From: Clostridiales bacterium
Lineage (GTDB): Bacteria > Bacillota > Clostridia > Caldicoprobacterales > UBA3941
NCBI GenBank assembly: GCA_012735575.1
Contig: JAAYGY010000012.1
Span: 3,833-67,832, forward strand
Direction of reading: 5' to 3'
DNA length: 64,000 bases
The number at the start of each line of letters is the position of its first letter. The stretch's first letter is position 1. The notes beneath the pieces are model-generated. The model did no database searches. It was not told the origin of the DNA and saw only the letters and a program-made list of their open reading frames with translations. The position numbers and the translations under genes were made by a program. Of the stretch, positions 1-9,672 are shown piece after piece.

Positions 1-2
1 AC

Positions 3-1142
3 TATACACCAGCCGTTCTTATATTAGGTTTTGTTGTATGGTTGTTTTCAAAAAATATTGAATTAGCTATCACTATTCTGGTTCTGGGTTGTCCAGGTGC
101 TTTGGTTATAGGAGTGCCTGTATCCAATGTTGCTGGAATTGGAAATGGAGCCCGAAACGGTATATTGTTAAAAGGTAGCGAAGTCATAAATGATTTTAGT
201 AGATTGGATATAATGGTATTCGATAAAACAGGAACACTGACCATGGGAAATCCGTCAGTTTCTGAAAAAGTATATTATGGAGACAGCATTGATGAAACCT
301 TAGGATATCTTGCAAGTGTAGAACGTGAGTCAGATCACCCGTTGGCTAAAGCTATTTTGGAAGAAATTGGCAATGCTACTATTTCACCAGTAGATAGCAC
401 TGAGGTTATAAAAGGCGAGGGGATTGTAGCCATTGTAAATGGGCATAGAATAGCTGTTGGTAATGTTGCTCTAATGGAAAAAGAAAACGTATCTCTCAGT
501 GAAAAGTCTAAGACTGATATTGCCCGATTAGAGGCAAAAGGGGATTCTCTTGTACTAACTTCTGTTGACAGCGAACTGAAAATATTAATGGGTATTCGAG
601 ACCAGATTCGTCCAGGAGTTAAGGAAGATTTGCAAAGACTGAAAAAATTAGGAGTTAAAAATCTGGTCATGCTTTCAGGTGATAATCAGGGAACAGTTGA
701 TATTGTCAGTCGTGAACTAGGGTTAACTAAAGCTTATGGCAATATGTTGCCTCAAGATAAATCTCAATATATAAAAAAATTAATAGACGATGGCCAAATT
801 GTAGCTTTTGTTGGGGATGGCGTTAATGACAGTCCATCATTAGCCCTGGCTAATATAGGTATAGCTATGGGGAGCGGTACAGATGTGGCCATAGAAACAT
901 CTGATGTTGTCCTAATGAATTCAGATTTCAGTCGGTTACCTCATGCTTTGGGATTAGCAAAGGCCACAGCTAGAAATATGAAGCAAAACATAGTTATTGC
1001 TATAGGTGTTGTATTAGTCTTACTTGGTGGAGTGCTATTTAGTGAATGGGTAAATATGTCTGTTGGCATGCTAGTACATGAGGCTAGTATCCTGGCAGTT
1101 ATTCTTAATGGCATGAGATTATTACGATATAAACTAAGATAA
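3..1142 (+). CDS. P1B-type heavy-metal-translocating P-type ATPase, C-terminal ~380 aa (5' end outside window)
   Basis: Frame is open from the window edge. Motifs: TM6 GCPGALVIG, phosphorylation site DKTGTLT, SDHPLAKAI, hinge GDGVNDSPSLA, C-terminal TM HEASILAVILNGMRLL. Confidence 0.9.
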   Translation, partial: YTPAVLILGFVVWLFSKNIELAITILVLGCPGALVIGVPVSNVAGIGNGARNGILLKGSEVINDFSRLDIMVFDKTGTLTMGNPSVSEKVYYGDSIDETLGYLASVERESDHPLAKAILEEIGNATISPVDSTEVIKGEGIVAIVNGHRIAVGNVALMEKENVSLSEKSKTDIARLEAKGDSLVLTSVDSELKILMGIRDQIRPGVKEDLQRLKKLGVKNLVMLSGDNQGTVDIVSRELGLTKAYGNMLPQDKSQYIKKLIDDGQIVAFVGDGVNDSPSLALANIGIAMGSGTDVAIETSDVVLMNSDFSRLPHALGLAKATARNMKQNIVIAIGVVLVLLGGVLFSEWVNMSVGMLVHEASILAVILNGMRLLRYKLR

Positions 1143-1329
1143 ATTGAAATAATTAAGTTAATCTAAATATTATTGAAAAAATGTGACTCAGATCAATGTT
1201 TTTTTAGATATAAGAAGTTATAATTAATATGCATTATTGAATTAGTCCAACAACTTCAGTATACAATATACAATATAATTTTGGATCAAAGCTTACAAAT
1301 ATAATAGTAAATGAAAGGAGATTATAATT

Positions 1330-1557
1330 ATGAAATTAGCAACTATTCAATTGGAGACACTAACCTGCCCATCGTGCATGTTAAAAATAGAAGGTGCTTT
1401 GAAAAGTCTAGACGGCATTGATAAAGATACTATGAAAGTGTCATTTAACACAAGTAAAGTAAAAGTAAACTTTGACGAAGAAAAGCTGTCAATTGATGAA
1501 ATAGAATCTGCAATTAGTAAGCTAGGCTATGAAGTCTTGAAATCTAGAGTAAAATAA
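1330..1557 (+). CDS. Heavy-metal-associated (HMA) domain metallochaperone-like protein
   Basis: 75 aa with N-terminal metal-binding motif LTCPSCMLKIEG (CxxC). AGGAG RBS upstream. Lies directly downstream of the P1B ATPase. Confidence 0.85.
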   Translation: MKLATIQLETLTCPSCMLKIEGALKSLDGIDKDTMKVSFNTSKVKVNFDEEKLSIDEIESAISKLGYEVLKSRVK

Positions 1558-1628
1558 AGGCTGAGTTGAAATAGAAACACTATATATAAAGACATCCTGT
1601 TATAATAGTTTGGTGTCAAATATAAATT

Positions 1629-1659
1629 AAGGGATTCGGTAAAAACTACTGAATCCCTT
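1629..1659. terminator. Stem-loop 3' of both the HMA gene (+) and tRNA-Leu (-); possible bidirectional terminator
   Basis: 9-bp stem AAGGGATTC/GAATCCCTT with a 13-nt loop. Only a weak T/A run follows on either strand. Confidence 0.5.
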
Positions 1660-1665
1660 AATTAT

Positions 1666-1754
1666 TGGTGCCGAAGGCGGGAGTCGAACCCGCACCTGGT
1701 GTGAGCCAGACTGGATTTTGAGTCCAGCGCGTCTGCCAGTTCCGCCACTTCGGC
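1666..1754 (-). tRNA. tRNA-Leu (anticodon CAA), CCA encoded
   Basis: The reverse complement folds as a cloverleaf: acceptor GCCGAAG/CTTCGGC, anticodon arm CTGGA-CTCAAAA-TCCAG, long variable arm, T arm GCGGG-TTCGACT-CCCGC, 3' CCA. Confidence 0.95.
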
Positions 1755-1900
1755 ATATTTTTAAATTAGCGTCTCATAACATAAAATATAATAGCACAAC
1801 TTGTTAAGAAAAGCAACTATTTTTTAATCAACTCAGCCTTACCGTAGAATAATATCCTCGAATTTTTTATATGTTCTTAACAAATCCATGATAAAATAAT

Positions 1901-2014
1901 TTGCAGAATTATACTTTTGGGGGGAATTTCATTGCATATATATTTATTGTAGAGGATGAGGAAGCAATAAATGATCTGATAGCCATGAACCTGTCATTGG
2001 CAGGGCATACTTAG
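1901..2014 (+). pseudogene. 5' fragment of an OmpR/PhoB-type response regulator gene (receiver N-terminus only, ends at TAG)
   Basis: Translation reads ..IAYIFIVEDEEAINDLIAMNLSLAGHT*. This matches the canonical start of a receiver domain (IxIVEDEE..I..LI...L...G) but stops after ~38 codons. Confidence 0.5.
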
Positions 2015-2134
2015 GAATTCCAGTTCTGGCACTGATTGGAATAATTGCATTAAACCTGCTAATTTTCCAAATGTATTAGCTGTTGTTGGAAAAGCGGATG
2101 AAGGAAAAGTAGTGGAAGTGGTTCAAAAAGATGA

Positions 2135-2416
2135 GAGGGAAAAGTCAACGAGGAAGTAACAAATGATATCTCTCAAAACCGAGCAGAAGAGGAGCATGAA
2201 GAAGGCAAAGAGATTTCAAATAACGGCAGCTTACAGGATCCAAATATGTATTCTTCAAAAATAGAAGATGCAAAAGTGAAAACTATCCAAAAAGAAGATG
2301 GAGTTATATGGGTGGTGGTGGATCCAGACATGGCAGAAAAAATAGATGGAAAGGAAAAAATCAATAACAGCAGGTTAGGAATATTGGTAGTCAAGCCACA
2401 AGAAAACGATGAATAA
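2135..2416 (+). pseudogene. Open-frame remnant without a credible start/RBS; probable 3' remnant of a decayed gene
   Basis: Frame is open from 2135 to the TAA at 2414-2416 (..NDISQNRAEEEHEEGKEISNNGS..VIWVVVDPDMAEKIDGKEK..). The first ATG is at 2246 with no RBS. Neighbouring frames hold a TM-like stretch (IPVLALIGIIALNLLIF) broken by stops. Confidence 0.3.
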
Positions 2417-2493
2417 CTTTTTTCGTTATTAACAAAATGAGAGCCAGGTAAAGAAGGAGGGAAAAAACAGGCTCTTATTATATAAATAGCTTA

Positions 2494-2522
2494 TTGCCAG
2501 ACCGATTATTACGTGTTATAAT
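2494..2522 (+). promoter_or_regulatory. Sigma-A-type promoter for the DUF457 gene
   Basis: TTGCCA, 17-nt spacer, TATAAT; about 45 nt upstream of the ATG at 2568. Confidence 0.55.
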
Positions 2523-2567
2523 TTTGCTGTAGTTTGCTTATTTTTATGTAAACAGAAAGGAGATTAT

Positions 2568-3512
2568 ATGGATCTAATCACTCATGGGGTCGTAGGTTTG
2601 GCATTAGGCAGTTTATCCGGTGGTCCTGATATTATAAATAATCCCTTAGCTATAGGAGCATTAATAGGTTCTGTGGTTCCTGATGGAGATATCATCTATC
2701 AGTTGAAGGGAGATTATACCTATTTAAAGAATCATAGGGGACCTTCTCATTCTATTGTAATGGGCACTGTGATCTCTTTAATAGTATCAGGAATTTTAAG
2801 AGGGATTTTCAGTGATTTTTCATTTTGGAGTATTTTTGTATGGACATTTGGTGCCTATATGCTTCATATAGGCTTAGATATATTTAATTCCTATGGTGCC
2901 AGTATTCTTTGGCCCTTTAGTAAGAAAAAGATAGGGTCAGGTTTACTATTAATATTTGATCCGGCTTTGTTAATATCGTCTATTGTTATATTTTTCACTC
3001 GTGGAAAACACTGGGGTTGGATAATAGCTAGCATTAGTTTTTTTATTTTATATCTATTATTTAGATTGATGTTAAAGAGACGAGTTTATAAAGTATTAAT
3101 GAAATTTTTCAACCATGAAAAGGGTCAGAAGATAGTTGTTATGCCTTCTATGCTGCGATTGTTTAAATGGGATTTTATAATGTATCAGCAAAAAAGAATA
3201 ATTACTGGACGAGTAAATGTACTGAGAAGTTATGTTTATGTGAGAAATTATTTTGAAAGAAGTAATACTCAGCTAGAGAACATCGTTCTAAAAACCACAA
3301 TAGGAGAATTCTTCAAAAACTTCTCTCCCCACTATCATATAGAATGGATTAGGGACGGAGAAGGTCATAAAGTAATTTTTACAGATTTAAGATATTATGT
3401 AAGAGGAAGCTATATGCACCATGCAATAGCACTGTTCGATGAAAAATTAAGGCCCATATACGCGGCATTTCAGCCCTATAGCAAGCAAAGAAATATAAAA
3501 ATACCTGTCTAA
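2568..3512 (+). CDS. Membrane-bound metal-dependent hydrolase family protein (YdjM/DUF457-like) with C-terminal extension
   Basis: N-terminus MDLITHGVVGLALG and multiple TM helices are typical of DUF457. AGGAG RBS. Confidence 0.7.
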   Translation: MDLITHGVVGLALGSLSGGPDIINNPLAIGALIGSVVPDGDIIYQLKGDYTYLKNHRGPSHSIVMGTVISLIVSGILRGIFSDFSFWSIFVWTFGAYMLHIGLDIFNSYGASILWPFSKKKIGSGLLLIFDPALLISSIVIFFTRGKHWGWIIASISFFILYLLFRLMLKRRVYKVLMKFFNHEKGQKIVVMPSMLRLFKWDFIMYQQKRIITGRVNVLRSYVYVRNYFERSNTQLENIVLKTTIGEFFKNFSPHYHIEWIRDGEGHKVIFTDLRYYVRGSYMHHAIALFDEKLRPIYAAFQPYSKQRNIKIPV

Positions 3513-3532
3513 AATTCTAGACAGGTTTTTTT
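3504..3532 (+). terminator. Rho-independent terminator
   Basis: 8-bp stem CCTGTCTA/TAGACAGG overlapping the stop codon, followed by TTTTTTT. Confidence 0.8.
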
Positions 3533-3639
3533 GAACCTTTTTACCTTTTTAGCGTCTATATTTACAGAGAAAAATGATCAATAGAGTGATATTTGTAAAG
3601 TGATTATTTAAAGCAAGAAATAAAGAGAGGAGGAATAAT

Positions 3640-4410
3640 GTGAATAATAGAATACTATTATATGTGATCTTAGGGGTTATAATAATTGTTTGCGCTATTT
3701 TTTTAGGAGGAGTGGTTACCAGTAGTTCAGCTATAATCAATGACAATTCGGGAGGAGCTAATATTAATATGAGAGAAGATATTTTGGTGGTTACAGGTGT
3801 TGGTAAGGTCAGAGCGAAGCCTGATGTGGCCTATCTGAATGTAGGTGTAAGAACCGTTGATAAAGATGCCAGGAAAGCCCAAGAAGATAATAAAGATATA
3901 ATGGAAAGAATTGTAAATAGATTAAAATCCTTGAATATAGACGAAAAGGATATCCAGACATCAGCATACAATATTTGGCCAAGATATAACTATAGAGGTA
4001 ACACAGAAGTTCTGGAAGGCTATGAAGTTGAAAACATGATTAGAATTGCTGTTCGTGATGTAGACTCTGTAGGGAATGTACTAGATGCAGTATCCAAAGA
4101 AGGTGCTAATAGGTCTAATAGTATAAGCTTTGGGGTATTAGATAGTGACGCTATCTATAAACAGACATTGGAGAAGGCTATTGAGGATGCTAAAGGAAAA
4201 GCGAAGGTTATAGCTAAAAAAGCTGATGTAACAGTTGTAAAACCTCTAGCTATTTATGAAGGAAATGCTCCCGGTCAGGTTTTTCGTGATGATATTTATA
4301 ATATGGTTGTAATGGAGGATGCAGATGCCAGTAGAGCATCTACAGTTCCCATTTCTCCAGGCGAGCTGGAATATGAAGCAAATGTAACTATAGTTTATAA
4401 GACAAAATAA
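3640..4410 (+). CDS. SIMPL/DUF541 family secreted protein (BP26-like)
   Basis: GTG start after a GAGGAGG RBS. N-terminal TM anchor. The GVGKVRAKPDVAYLNVGV..KDARKAQEDN pattern is typical of SIMPL domains. Confidence 0.8.
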   Translation: MNNRILLYVILGVIIIVCAIFLGGVVTSSSAIINDNSGGANINMREDILVVTGVGKVRAKPDVAYLNVGVRTVDKDARKAQEDNKDIMERIVNRLKSLNIDEKDIQTSAYNIWPRYNYRGNTEVLEGYEVENMIRIAVRDVDSVGNVLDAVSKEGANRSNSISFGVLDSDAIYKQTLEKAIEDAKGKAKVIAKKADVTVVKPLAIYEGNAPGQVFRDDIYNMVVMEDADASRASTVPISPGELEYEANVTIVYKTK

Positions 4411-4465
4411 TATATATAATCTATTTTGACTATTAATTTATCCTGTAATCCAATTAGAGCTAGAA

Positions 4466-4494
4466 AAGGCGATGAAATTGTCTTTCATCGCCTT
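4466..4494. terminator. Bidirectional terminator between convergent genes
   Basis: 12-bp stem AAGGCGATGAAA/TTTCATCGCCTT with a 5-nt loop. Confidence 0.75.
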
Positions 4495-4514
4495 AAATTA
4501 GCTTTTGCAAGGAG

Positions 4515-5300
4515 TTATTTACCTATGAACATCTGGACATAAACATATCCATAACGAGGACTTTTCTCAACGCCAATTCCCATATGAGTAAAGTTGGCAT
4601 TTAGGATATTTCTTCTATGACCATCGGAGTCCATTAGACCGGTATGTGCTCTTTCTACGCTGCTGGATCCTGCTAGATTTTCACCTGCAGCTCTATAGGA
4701 TATACCGAAATCCTTCATCATATTGAAGGGGCTTCCATAGGTTGGAGAATTATGATCAAAATAGTTGTTATCAACCATATCCTTTGCTTTTACCTGAGCT
4801 ACATTTGCTAGGCTAGCATCCCAGATTAATGGCTTTAAGCCAGCTTTAGTTCTTTCTTGGTTAACCAAATCAAGCATTTTAGTCTGCTGGCTACCAATTT
4901 GAGAGCTAGGCTGTTCAGGTTTTTCCTCAGGAGTTGGAGCGGGTTGCTCGGGTTTTTCCTCAGGTGCAGGTTCCTCGATGCTTGGCTCTTCTTCAGTAAT
5001 TGGTTGGGTTGCTGGTTCTTCAGGGGTTTCTTCAGGAACAGGAGCAGGTTGCTCAGTCCCTTGCTGATTCATTCTATTAAGTAAATCAGAATACCAGTTA
5101 TTGAATCTAGATAGTATTCCTGATATATTTTCACGGGATATTGTTGTTACCTTGTAGCCGCCTTTTGTAGTAATAATAGAGTTTCTAATATTATTAATGT
5201 CTAAATTGCAGTCACTCTTGGCATATGCCATAGCAGGTGCTGACAATATTCCTACAAATAGTGATAAAGTTAGTACAAAAACAATTAATGATTTCTTCAT
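4515..5300 (-). CDS. Secreted CAP/SCP (YkwD-like) domain protein with Pro/Glu-rich linker
   Basis: Start moved to the ATG at 5300 (AGGAGG RBS 7 nt upstream; MKKSLIVFVLTLSL signal peptide). C-terminal CAP signature NYFDHNSP..AGENLA..GHRRNIL. Confidence 0.85.
   Translation of the reverse strand: MKKSLIVFVLTLSLFVGILSAPAMAYAKSDCNLDINNIRNSIITTKGGYKVTTISRENISGILSRFNNWYSDLLNRMNQQGTEQPAPVPEETPEEPATQPITEEEPSIEEPAPEEKPEQPAPTPEEKPEQPSSQIGSQQTKMLDLVNQERTKAGLKPLIWDASLANVAQVKAKDMVDNNYFDHNSPTYGSPFNMMKDFGISYRAAGENLAGSSSVERAHTGLMDSDGHRRNILNANFTHMGIGVEKSPRYGYVYVQMFIGK
4909..4964 (-). repeat. Imperfect 33-nt tandem repeat encoding PEEKPEQPxx units inside the CAP-protein linker
   Basis: GGCTGTTCAGGTTTTTCCTCAGG (4909-4931) and GGTTGCTCGGGTTTTTCCTCAGG (4942-4964). 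The protein reads EEPAPEEKPEQPAPTPEEKPEQPS. Confidence 0.7.
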
Positions 5301-5630
5301 AAATGTACCTCCTAATAATTTGAGATAATTTTGTATTTCATTTGTAAAATATCTTAACACATTTGTAACATAATTTCATCAATCAATTTTTACCAAAATG
5401 CTGTGATTGAAAGTAGAGTTATGATATGATAAAGTCGTACTATCAAGTAAAAATATATTGTTCAGTATAATAAGAACTAGTTAGTTTTTTTGATTAACTG
5501 GTTATGCTAGTTCGACTGTTGGTCACTATGTAAATAATGGCTATTAATATTTGAACCTTTAATAGCCATTATGATTCATATGATATGAGCTAGCACAAGA
5601 GATTAATTCTACTATAATAGAAGAATATAT

Positions 5631-8237
5631 ATGAGAGGGATCGAAGTAGTGAATAAAAAAAATATAATGATAATTGATGGTAACAGCTTAATGTATAGAG
5701 CTTTTTATGGAGTCAGGTTGTTAAGTACTAGCAAGGGAGTTTACACTAATGCTGTTTATGGTTTTACCAATATGCTATTTAATCTTATAGAACAATACCG
5801 TCCTGATTTTATAGGGGTAGCTTTTGATCTTAAAGGGCCAACCTTTAGACATGAAATTTTCGAGGAATATAAAGGGAATCGTCAGAAAACCCCGGAGGAA
5901 CTACTACCTCAGTTTGATTTATTAAAAAGGCTGTTAAGAGCAATGAATATAGCAATTTTTGAAGAAGAGGGCTATGAAGCAGATGATATTTTGGGGACCT
6001 TTTCCCGTTTTGCCGAGGAACAAGGCTTAGATGCATTACTAGTTACAGGGGATCGGGATGCTATGCAACTGGTATCGGATAGCACTACTGTGTTGTTGAA
6101 TCGAAGAGGTACAAGTGATATACAGGCTTTTGATCCTCAGGAAGTAGAGAAAGTATACGGACTTAAACCTAGCCAGATAATCGATTTAAAAGCATTAATG
6201 GGAGATAGCTCTGACAATATTCCAGGTGTTCCGGGAGTTGGAGAAAAAACCGCTTTAAAATTACTAAGTCAGTATAAAACTCTGGAAGAAGTTCTGGATA
6301 ATATTGATAATATATCCGGTAAGAGGCTAAAAGAAAACTTAACTAAGTATAAAGAACAGGCAATTTTGAGTAAAAAGCTAGCTACTATTATTAAAGACGT
6401 GCCCATAGAAATAAACCTGGAAGGCTGTAGCTACAATATACCAAACTCTTCGGAACTAAGAGCTTTGTTAGAGGAGTTAGAATTCAACAGCATAATCAGT
6501 AAGTTGAACTTTGATGAACAGCAAAAAGTATCCCAATCTTTCGATGATGATAGAAAAATTGTAGAAGTAGATACTTTGGAAGAATTATCAGGTTATGTCA
6601 ATAACGCGCTTGATCAAAGCAGAATTTCTTTATTAATGGACAATGAGGTTATCACTTTTTGCTGGGATAAAAAGCAGATATATCGCATTAGTCTATTTCA
6701 GGACATGATAAGTGGAGGCTTAGATTATTGGGATGTAATGGAAAAGCTAAAACTAATATTGTTGGAAGAGAGGATAGAAATAGTAGTTTATGATGGTAAA
6801 AACTTACTGTTAAAAGCTTGGGAGCAGGATATAGAAGTTAATAATTTATACTTTGATACCCTTATTGCAGCTTATTTGTTGGACCCAACCCATACACGGT
6901 ACGATGTGAAATATCTGCTTCATGAATACCTGGGAACTGATACAGATAATATAGATGCCGGCCATGTACTTTTATTAGCTGAAGAACTGGAGAAAAGGTT
7001 AAAGGATTTGGATATGTACCATCTATATCGCGATATAGAACACCCTTTAATTAGGGTTCTAGCAGATATGGAATGGACGGGTTTTAATGTTGATAAAGAT
7101 ACTCTTAAAGAATTAGATATTGAATTTACTGAAACTTTAGAGGAGCTTACAAACAATATATATGAAATGGCAGGGGAAGAGTTTAATATAAATTCTCCAA
7201 AACAGTTGGGCATAATATTGTTTGAAAAACTGGGATTACCAGTGATAAAGAAAACCAAGACCGGCTATTCTACTGATATTGAAGTGCTAGAGAAATTAAA
7301 AGGTAAACATGATATCATTGAGAAGATTATTGAATACCGTCAGGTGATGAAACTTAAATCCACCTATTCTGAAGGGCTATTAAATGTCATCGATCCTAAA
7401 GATGGTAGGATTCATTCCAGCTTCAATCAGACTATTACGGCTACAGGTAGGATCAGCAGCACAGAGCCTAATCTTCAAAATATCCCGGTTCGTATGGAAA
7501 TGGGAAGAAGAATAAGAGGAGTATTCGTTCCTACTGATGAAGATCATGTACTGGTGGATGCAGATTACTCACAGATTGAATTGAGAGTCTTGGCGCATAT
7601 ATCTGGAGATCCGACTTTTATAGACGCTTTCAATAATAACCAGGATATTCACTTAAGAACTGCTTCAGAAATTTTTGGGATACCCATAGATGAGGTAACA
7701 CCACAGCAGCGAAATGATGCCAAAGCAGTAAATTTTGGAATTGTCTATGGAATAAGCGATTTTGGATTAGCTAAAAATTTAGGAATTTCCAGAGCCGAAG
7801 CCCATAATTATATTGATAATTATTTTAAGAGATATCCAGGCATCAAGGAATATATGGAAAGAATTGTAGAACAAGGCAAGAAACAGGGTTATGTCACTAC
7901 TTTAATGGGAAGAAGAAGATATTTACCTGAATTATCCTCTAGGAATTTTAATATCAGGTCCTTTGGGGAGAGGATAGCTATGAATACTCCCATCCAAGGT
8001 ACTGCAGCTGATATCATCAAAAAAGCAATGAATGATGTATACTATGAATTAAAAGCTAGAGGGCTCAAATCTAAGTTAGTTTTACAAGTACATGATGAAT
8101 TGATTATAGATGCATATAAGCCTGAATTAGAAGAGGTGAAAGAAATATTAAAAGATAAGATGGAAAATGCAATAGAACTATCTGTTCCACTAGTTGTAGA
8201 TATTGGAGTAGGCAATAATTGGTATAATGCTAAATAA
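5631..8237 (+). CDS. polA: DNA polymerase I
   Basis: 868 aa. 5'-nuclease N-terminus IIDGNSLMYRAFYG. Polymerase motifs DYSQIELRVLAH, RNDAKAVNFGIVYG and LQVHDELI. The start is ambiguous (ATG 5631, GTG 5649 with a GAGAGGGA RBS, or ATG 5667). Confidence 0.95.
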   Translation: MRGIEVVNKKNIMIIDGNSLMYRAFYGVRLLSTSKGVYTNAVYGFTNMLFNLIEQYRPDFIGVAFDLKGPTFRHEIFEEYKGNRQKTPEELLPQFDLLKRLLRAMNIAIFEEEGYEADDILGTFSRFAEEQGLDALLVTGDRDAMQLVSDSTTVLLNRRGTSDIQAFDPQEVEKVYGLKPSQIIDLKALMGDSSDNIPGVPGVGEKTALKLLSQYKTLEEVLDNIDNISGKRLKENLTKYKEQAILSKKLATIIKDVPIEINLEGCSYNIPNSSELRALLEELEFNSIISKLNFDEQQKVSQSFDDDRKIVEVDTLEELSGYVNNALDQSRISLLMDNEVITFCWDKKQIYRISLFQDMISGGLDYWDVMEKLKLILLEERIEIVVYDGKNLLLKAWEQDIEVNNLYFDTLIAAYLLDPTHTRYDVKYLLHEYLGTDTDNIDAGHVLLLAEELEKRLKDLDMYHLYRDIEHPLIRVLADMEWTGFNVDKDTLKELDIEFTETLEELTNNIYEMAGEEFNINSPKQLGIILFEKLGLPVIKKTKTGYSTDIEVLEKLKGKHDIIEKIIEYRQVMKLKSTYSEGLLNVIDPKDGRIHSSFNQTITATGRISSTEPNLQNIPVRMEMGRRIRGVFVPTDEDHVLVDADYSQIELRVLAHISGDPTFIDAFNNNQDIHLRTASEIFGIPIDEVTPQQRNDAKAVNFGIVYGISDFGLAKNLGISRAEAHNYIDNYFKRYPGIKEYMERIVEQGKKQGYVTTLMGRRRYLPELSSRNFNIRSFGERIAMNTPIQGTAADIIKKAMNDVYYELKARGLKSKLVLQVHDELIIDAYKPELEEVKEILKDKMENAIELSVPLVVDIGVGNNWYNAK

Positions 8238-8461
8238 ACACAACTATGATTGTTGTACTTACCTCAGTATATCTTTATATTTTATTTAGTATAATGCTAG
8301 CTATTGAAGATTCACTTGATTATTGATTTGGAGAAAACTAGTGTCCTTGGCTAAAATAGTGAAGGCCCTCACTTATCAATATCTATCATATTTATAGTGT
8401 GATGATTATGGAACTAATACAATAAGTTAAAGAATATAGAGTATGGAGGCTATACGTTATA

Positions 8462-9073
8462 ATGAAGATAATTGGACTTACAGGGGGTATTGCTACTGGA
8501 AAATCCCAAGTATCTTCTATTTTGTCCCAGCTAGGAGCAATAATAATTGATGCTGACAAAGTAGCTAGGGAGATTGTTCAAAAGGGATTACCTGCCTGGC
8601 AGCAGATAAGAGACGAGTTTGGTGAGGAATATTTATTACCTAATGGTGAGATAAACCGGAAAAAACTTGGTGAGCTGGTCTTTTCCCATCCTGATGCTTT
8701 AGCTAAGTTAAATAATATAACTCACCCTGCTATAAAAGCCAGGATAGAAGATCAGATTAACCATTTAAAAGCTCAAGGCTACAAAGGATTAGTAGTGGTG
8801 GATGCAGCTTTATTACTGGAAACAGGTTGGGAAACTATGGTGGATCAGGTATGGGTAGTAGACGTATCCATGGAAAAGAGAATAGAAAGGCTTATGGCTC
8901 GCGATGGTTTAACAAGAGATCAGGCCTTAAGCAGGATTAATAGCCAGATGAGCCAGCAAGAAAGAATTGCTAAGGCTGATATAATTATATATAATAATTC
9001 AGATATTAATAGTTTGAAGGAACAGGTTCAAAGACTTTGGGACCAGACTCAAACGGAAATTGTTGGACAGTAA
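8462..9073 (+). CDS. coaE: Dephospho-CoA kinase
   Basis: MKIIGLTGGIATGKS P-loop N-terminus, ~200 aa, in the classic position downstream of polA. Confidence 0.9.
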   Translation: MKIIGLTGGIATGKSQVSSILSQLGAIIIDADKVAREIVQKGLPAWQQIRDEFGEEYLLPNGEINRKKLGELVFSHPDALAKLNNITHPAIKARIEDQINHLKAQGYKGLVVVDAALLLETGWETMVDQVWVVDVSMEKRIERLMARDGLTRDQALSRINSQMSQQERIAKADIIIYNNSDINSLKEQVQRLWDQTQTEIVGQ

Positions 9074-9089
9074 GGAGATAAAAGGGATT

Positions 9090-9653
9090 ATGACTCGAAA
9101 AATATTACCCTGGTTAATACTGGGTTTTTTTATAGCAATTATATTACTTAATTGGTTTATTCAATCGCCCTATGTTCAGAGAAAATTCTACCCTTTAAAA
9201 TATAAGAATGAAATAATTAGATTCTCTTTGGAATATGAATTGGATCCTTATCTAGTTATGAGCATTATATGGGTGGAAAGCAAATTTAAACCTGACGCCA
9301 GGTCCGGTAAGAATGCCAGGGGACTAATGCAAATTATTCCTAGAACTGGACAATGGATCGCGGATCAAATAGGATTAAGTCTTTATGAGGATGATATGTT
9401 ATATGATCCTAAAACCAACATAATGTTCGGATGTTGGTATTTAGCCTATCTATTGAAAGTGTTTGATGGAGATGTAGAGCTTGCCCTGGCTTCTTATAAC
9501 GGGGGTATGGGCAACGTAATGAAGTGGCTAAAGGATGATAGATATAGCGATGATGGCAAAACATTAAAAAATATTCCTTTTAAAGAGACCAGTGATTATT
9601 TAGAACGGATTCAACAAGCCTACAAACAGTATAAGAAGTTGTATAAAATTTGA
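9090..9653 (+). CDS. Lytic transglycosylase (SLT domain), membrane anchored
   Basis: Start moved to the ATG at 9090 (MTRKILPWLILGFFI TM). Catalytic region WVESKFKPDARSGKNARGLMQI..SYNGG. Confidence 0.85.
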   Translation: MTRKILPWLILGFFIAIILLNWFIQSPYVQRKFYPLKYKNEIIRFSLEYELDPYLVMSIIWVESKFKPDARSGKNARGLMQIIPRTGQWIADQIGLSLYEDDMLYDPKTNIMFGCWYLAYLLKVFDGDVELALASYNGGMGNVMKWLKDDRYSDDGKTLKNIPFKETSDYLERIQQAYKQYKKLYKI

Positions 9654-9672
9654 TGGGAAGGGAATACCCGAC

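Noticed and set aside
1260-1277. Tandem heptamer ATACAAT-ATACAAT upstream of the HMA gene as a CopY/CsoR-type metal-regulator operator.
   Set aside because: It does not match the cop box (TACAnnTGTA) or a GC-containing CsoR dyad. It is more simply read as overlapping -10-like (TACAAT) elements.
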